From Chloroflexota bacterium (GTDB lineage Bacteria > Chloroflexota > Anaerolineae > UBA4142): a stretch of 24,000 bases of DNA. The stretch lies in the NCBI GenBank assembly GCA_016208315.1, contig JACQYF010000002.1:39820-63819 (forward strand), given 5' to 3'. The position numbers and the translations under genes are program-made. Positions 20,622 to 24,000 of the stretch are shown here, in pieces (position 1 is the stretch's first letter; each line of letters starts with the position of its first letter). Below the pieces are notes generated by a model. It was given only the letters and a program-made list of their open reading frames with translations, did not search any database and had not been told where the DNA came from.

Positions 20622-22945
20622 CGCTATACATCCTCATCGCACTCGTCCTGTCGTGGCCGCTGGCGCTGAATTTCGCGTCGGCGATTCCGGGCGTGGAGGG
20701 CGACGCGGCGAGTTTCGTGTGGGCGATGGGCTGGGCCAAGACCGCGCTTGCGGATCTGCGCGTCAACCCATTCCACACCGACTATGTTTTCTATCCGCTC
20801 GGCGGCGCGACGCAACTGCTCTGGGCGACGTCGCTTGTCGGCTTGGTCTCGATTCCGCTGCAATACGTCTTCGGCTTGATCGTCACCTACAACCTTTTGT
20901 ACCTCGCGGCGACGGTGCTGACGGCGTATGGGACGTTTCTACTTGCGGAATTCGTAATTCGTAATTCGGAATTCAGAATTATGAATTATGAATTCGATCA
21001 AACGCCACTGCCACCGCTTGCCACCGTTCTCCTGACGCAGTTCATAACGCAGAACCGCAAACTCGCCACCCGACACTCGTCACTTGGCCCTTTTGTTGCG
21101 GGACTCGTATTTGCGTTTGCGCCGCTGCGGCAGGGGTATGGGCTGGCGTTCTTCAATCTGTTCCATACCGAGCTGATTCCATTCTACTTGCTCTTTTTGC
21201 TCCGCGCCGCGCATGAGAAATCGTGGCGGTTGGCGATTCTGGCAGGCGTGTTTCTCGGTTTGAATACGTACATTGATTTCCAGATCGCCGCGTTTTTGAT
21301 CTTGTTGACGGGCGTGTTCGTGGCTAAAGACCCGAAGGGTTTACCAAAAACCCGTCGGGTCTGGGCGACCACGGCGCTTACCTCGCTGATGATCGCCATC
21401 CCCATCCTCCTCGCCGTTGCGAACGATTTTGCGGTTGAAGGCGGCAACTACATTCGCGTGTACAAGCTCGATTATTCTGCGGCGCGCTCTTACGATCTGC
21501 TGTCGTTCTTTGTGCCCAATGCGCGGAGCACGCTCTATGCCGATTCGCCGCTCAAGATTGCGAACGTCAACGCGGCGGTCCAAGCCCAGGATGAAAGTGC
21601 GCTCTCACCCGACCGCCAACCGTTTGTCGGCTATATCGTGCTCGCGCTGGCGGCGTTCGCCGTTGCCCGGCGGTGGCGGCAAGCGCGGTTCTGGCTTGTC
21701 GTGGCTGGCTTGTTCGCGCTTTTCAGTTTGGGCCCGTCGCTCCACATTTTCGGACGCGAGACTGGAATTCCGCTCCCGTTTCTCGCGCTGCACGAAATCC
21801 CCATCGTCAACCACATTCGCATTCCGATGCGGTATGGCATCATCGTGCCGCTCGCGCTGGCGATGCTGGTGGCGATGGCAATTGACAACTTGCAACGGAC
21901 AATTGACAAGTGGAGGTTGGAAGTTAGAAGTTGGAGGTTGGAAGCTGGACGTTGGAAATGGCGTGACGTGCTGCGGATTCGCTTGGCGAGTTTGGCGCTG
22001 GCGCTCGTTCCCGTTGGCATCTTGGTCGAATTTGCGGTGCTGCCGTATCCGGCGCAGCCGGTGACGATTCCGCGCGTGTATGCGGCGATTGCGCGCGAGC
22101 CGGGCGATTTTACTATCTTGGAGATTCCCACCTTCCATTGGCGCGGCGCGGCGGCCGCAGAACTCTATCAGCCGATCCATGGCAAGCGCATCTTGCGCGC
22201 CTACACCAATCGCATCGCGCCGGGACTCGCGGAGTATTTCGGCTATCGCGGCACGCCGATTGTCGTCCGGTCGCTCCGCGTGCTGGAGGGCGCGGAGCAG
22301 GGCGAGCTGGCGCCGGACGACATTGCCGAGGACAAGCGCGTCCGCGATCAAGTCGTTCAATTCTTCAATCTGCGCTACGCGCTCCTCCACCGTTCGTACC
22401 TCAAGCCGAACGAGGTCGGCGCGATTGACCGCTACCTGCGCGACGTTCTCGGCGCGCGGCTGATTGACGACGACGGTCAAGTCATCGCGTACCAAATTCC
22501 GCCGACGACGAGCGTTCCGGAGGTCATCGCGATTGATCTGCGCGAGAACATTGGACAGATGTACGCGGGGCGCGGCTGGCAGTTCGAATACCCGCCCGCG
22601 AACTGGAACGACGAATTCAATTTCGTGTGGGCGCGCGGCGCGCGGTCGGAGATCTATTTTGTCGCGGGCGACGCGGCGGAACGCGTGGTGACGCTGCACG
22701 CGCGCGCCGAATCGCCGCAGCGCGTGAATGTCTATCTGAACGATCAGCCGGTCGGCGAAATCGCTCTGACGACCGAATGGCGAGACCACGAGATCGCGCT
22801 GCCCGCGCGCGCGGTTGTATCGGGCATGAACCGGTTGACGTTGGATTACGGAGGCGAGTTCGAGGAGACGGTCGCGGTAACGATCATCCAGATTCGGCAA
22901 ATTGACATTCGGCGAGGAAATCATGGAACCCAAACCAGTCGTTGA
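20597..22945 (+). CDS. Large polytopic membrane protein, putative GT-C-type glycosyltransferase (YfhO/ArnT-like), with a C-terminal soluble domain and three internal repeat/hairpin segments
   Basis: A continuous 782-codon frame begins at the in-frame GTG at 20597 (VRKHLTVLTLYILIALVLSWPL), with GGGAAGGGA upstream. It has many hydrophobic helices and a beta-rich C-terminus. The upstream 253 codons of the 1035-aa ORF overlap the MFS gene in another frame and look spurious. The function call is from general architecture only. Confidence 0.7.
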   Translation: MRKHLTVLTLYILIALVLSWPLALNFASAIPGVEGDAASFVWAMGWAKTALADLRVNPFHTDYVFYPLGGATQLLWATSLVGLVSIPLQYVFGLIVTYNLLYLAATVLTAYGTFLLAEFVIRNSEFRIMNYEFDQTPLPPLATVLLTQFITQNRKLATRHSSLGPFVAGLVFAFAPLRQGYGLAFFNLFHTELIPFYLLFLLRAAHEKSWRLAILAGVFLGLNTYIDFQIAAFLILLTGVFVAKDPKGLPKTRRVWATTALTSLMIAIPILLAVANDFAVEGGNYIRVYKLDYSAARSYDLLSFFVPNARSTLYADSPLKIANVNAAVQAQDESALSPDRQPFVGYIVLALAAFAVARRWRQARFWLVVAGLFALFSLGPSLHIFGRETGIPLPFLALHEIPIVNHIRIPMRYGIIVPLALAMLVAMAIDNLQRTIDKWRLEVRSWRLEAGRWKWRDVLRIRLASLALALVPVGILVEFAVLPYPAQPVTIPRVYAAIAREPGDFTILEIPTFHWRGAAAAELYQPIHGKRILRAYTNRIAPGLAEYFGYRGTPIVVRSLRVLEGAEQGELAPDDIAEDKRVRDQVVQFFNLRYALLHRSYLKPNEVGAIDRYLRDVLGARLIDDDGQVIAYQIPPTTSVPEVIAIDLRENIGQMYAGRGWQFEYPPANWNDEFNFVWARGARSEIYFVAGDAAERVVTLHARAESPQRVNVYLNDQPVGEIALTTEWRDHEIALPARAVVSGMNRLTLDYGGEFEETVAVTIIQIRQIDIRRGNHGTQTSR
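20948..20995. repeat. 48-nt heptamer hairpin (family C, copy 2) exactly in frame inside the membrane-protein CDS
   Basis: Sequence reads GAATTCG TAATTCG TAATTCG GAATTCA GAATTAT GAATTAT GAATTC. Positions 20948-20967 pair with 20976-20995 over 20 bp (18 Watson-Crick plus 2 G-T on the sense strand) with an 8-nt loop. It starts at codon position 1 and encodes 16 aa, EFVIRNSEFRIMNYEF. Confidence 0.9.
21328..21362. repeat. Non-periodic 15-bp hairpin inside the membrane-protein CDS
   Basis: AGACCCGAAGGGTTT (21328-21342) / AAACCCGTCGGGTCT (21348-21362) pair at 14 of 15 positions with a 5-nt loop. It is translated as KDPKGLPKTRRV in a predicted loop between hydrophobic segments. Confidence 0.75.
21910..21958. 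repeat. One-armed heptamer array TTGGARG (family D, copy 3) inside the membrane-protein CDS
   Basis: Sequence reads GTGGAGG TTGGAAG TTAGAAG TTGGAGG TTGGAAG CTGGACG TTGGAAA. It is translated as KWRLEVRSWRLEAGRWKW. It is near-identical in unit content to 15922-15955 in mutL. It is preceded by a 10-nt direct repeat of CAATTGACAA (21880-21889 and 21900-21909). Confidence 0.85.
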
Positions 22946-23330
22946 AACCACCTTCCGCGTGCGGTATGCTGAAACGGACGCGAGCGGCATTGTGTATCAC
23001 GCCAATTACCTCGTTTGGTTCGAGGTCGCGCGCGGCGAGTTTTTCTGGCAGCAGGGACGCGATTACCATCGCGATGTCGAGTTGCGCGGCTTTTATTGGC
23101 CGGTCACCGAAGCATCGGTCCGGTATTTGGTGTCGGCGCGCTATGGCGAATTGGTAACGGTGCGCGCGTGGGTAGAAGAAGTGCAGAGCCGAAGTCTGAA
23201 AATCGCGTACGAGGTTGTCAACGCGGAGAGTAGGCAAACGCTGTGTTCCGGCTGGACGAAACATTTGAACGTAGATCAGCAAGGCCGCGTGCGAACGATT
23301 CCAGCGGAGATTCGCGCATTTCTAGTTTGA
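22923..23330 (+). CDS. Acyl-CoA thioesterase, 4HBT/YbgC family
   Basis: FRVRYAETDASGIVYHANYLVWFEVARGEFF is the hot-dog 4HBT signature. The ATG at 22923 has GAGGA upstream; TTG 22902 is an alternative. The gene overlaps the upstream gene's end by 23 nt. Confidence 0.85.
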   Translation: MEPKPVVETTFRVRYAETDASGIVYHANYLVWFEVARGEFFWQQGRDYHRDVELRGFYWPVTEASVRYLVSARYGELVTVRAWVEEVQSRSLKIAYEVVNAESRQTLCSGWTKHLNVDQQGRVRTIPAEIRAFLV

Positions 23331-24000
23331 TTGCACCGGCATCCCGAGCACGCTCCAGATCGCGGGGTCTTCGCCGCCCGGTCGCCACATGACGATGCCG
23401 CCGAGCTGCAGATCCTTGACAATGTCCCACGCTAGTGCGACGTACTTGCTGTCCACGAACCAGACGGTGTGTTTTTCTCCGGGCGCGGGTTCGCATTCGA
23501 CGGTATGGCGCGGGCAGCGCGGTCCGGGAATGGTGTAGGTAAGGATACTTTCGCCGACCAGCCCGCGCGCGTCCGACTCGACAAAAGTGACCTCGCCGTT
23601 GTATTTTTTCTTCAAAGCCATTGCGTCGCTCCACCAATACGCGGGCGTCTCTTTTCCGCCCCAATCATACGCGTACAAGTGAATCCCCAGGACGACCTTT
23701 TCGCGCGGCACGCGGCTCACCGTATATTCCATCACCTGACGTATCCACCAGATCGGCGCGTTCGGCGCAGGCCCCCCGCTTTTGCCGTGATACTCGTACG
23801 CCATCACGCGAATCTGATCCGCCGCGACGCCCAGGGCCGCGTAATCGGCGAACTTGCAGATCACGCACGAATCGTCGTCGCGCACCTTGGCGGGAACCGT
23901 AACGGCGAGCGTTTTCCCTTCGCGATGCAGCAAGCCCGCGAGAGTCGTCACAAAGTCCGTGTAGACCTGGCGCGTATCGGGCGGGAGATTTTCATAGTCG
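23322..24000 (-). CDS. Glycoside hydrolase family 18-like protein, C-terminal part; the 5' end lies beyond the window
   Basis: The frame stays open to base 24000 and reads D-Y-E-N at the window edge, consistent with the end of the GH18 DxxDxDxE motif. Downstream are VMAYEYHG and a TIM-barrel-like remainder. The GTG at 23951 in the ORF track is not the real start. The 3' end overlaps the convergent thioesterase by 9 nt. Confidence 0.7.
   Translation of the reverse strand, partial: DYENLPPDTRQVYTDFVTTLAGLLHREGKTLAVTVPAKVRDDDSCVICKFADYAALGVAADQIRVMAYEYHGKSGGPAPNAPIWWIRQVMEYTVSRVPREKVVLGIHLYAYDWGGKETPAYWWSDAMALKKKYNGEVTFVESDARGLVGESILTYTIPGPRCPRHTVECEPAPGEKHTVWFVDSKYVALAWDIVKDLQLGGIVMWRPGGEDPAIWSVLGMPVQSN

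Noticed and set aside
1447-21958. Interpreting the periodic hairpins as MITEs or IS remnants
   Set aside because: I could find no terminal inverted repeats distinct from the periodic arms, no target-site duplications, and no transposase ORF in the window. I cannot exclude this without genome-wide data, so it is kept only as a hypothesis in the findings.
21605-22990. 461-aa ORF antisense to the large membrane-protein gene
   Set aside because: It is Arg-rich with no hydrophobic or domain pattern. The sense frame gives a coherent polytopic membrane protein.
1-24000. Search for a defence island, toxin-antitoxin pair, prophage, secretion or biosynthetic cluster
   Set aside because: All recognisable genes are housekeeping, transport or envelope functions. 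There are no nucleases, ATPase-effector pairs, integrases or small adjacent ORF pairs that would support such a call.

Overview
This is a GC-rich bacterial chromosome segment. Gene order and protein style look Chloroflexota/Terrabacteria-like, but that lineage call is low confidence. Content is mostly housekeeping. A roughly 11-kb minus-strand cluster runs nusA-ylxR-infB-rbfA-nrnA-truB-ribF-archease-rtcB-MoCF-domain gene (11226 down to 471) and converges on the 3' end of era. Downstream lie a YdcF/DUF218 gene, an uncharacterised protein with a PNP/AMP-nucleosidase-like C-terminus, mutL plus a LiaF/toastrack membrane protein, and a PLP threonine/serine dehydratase. These are followed by EamA and MFS transporters, a HAD nucleotidase, a very large GT-C-like membrane protein, a 4HBT thioesterase and the 3' part of a GH18 hydrolase. 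I found no rRNA, tRNA, CRISPR, transposase, phage genes or recognisable defence operon. The unusual part is non-genic. Almost every intergenic spacer is occupied by a long imperfect hairpin, and most of these have arms built from head-to-tail 7- or 8-nt units (at least 8 unit types, several present twice or three times in the window). The same periodic elements also sit inside open reading frames without breaking them: twice in mutL and twice in the large membrane protein, which additionally carries a non-periodic hairpin. They also supply the last codons, stop codons or start codons of nrnA, the dehydratase, eamA and possibly ylxR. The closest analogues I know are cyanobacterial STRR heptamer arrays, REP/BIME elements and in-frame Rickettsia palindromic elements. 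This combination in a GC-rich genome is the candidate novelty. Its function and mechanism are inference and need genome-wide and transcript-level checks.
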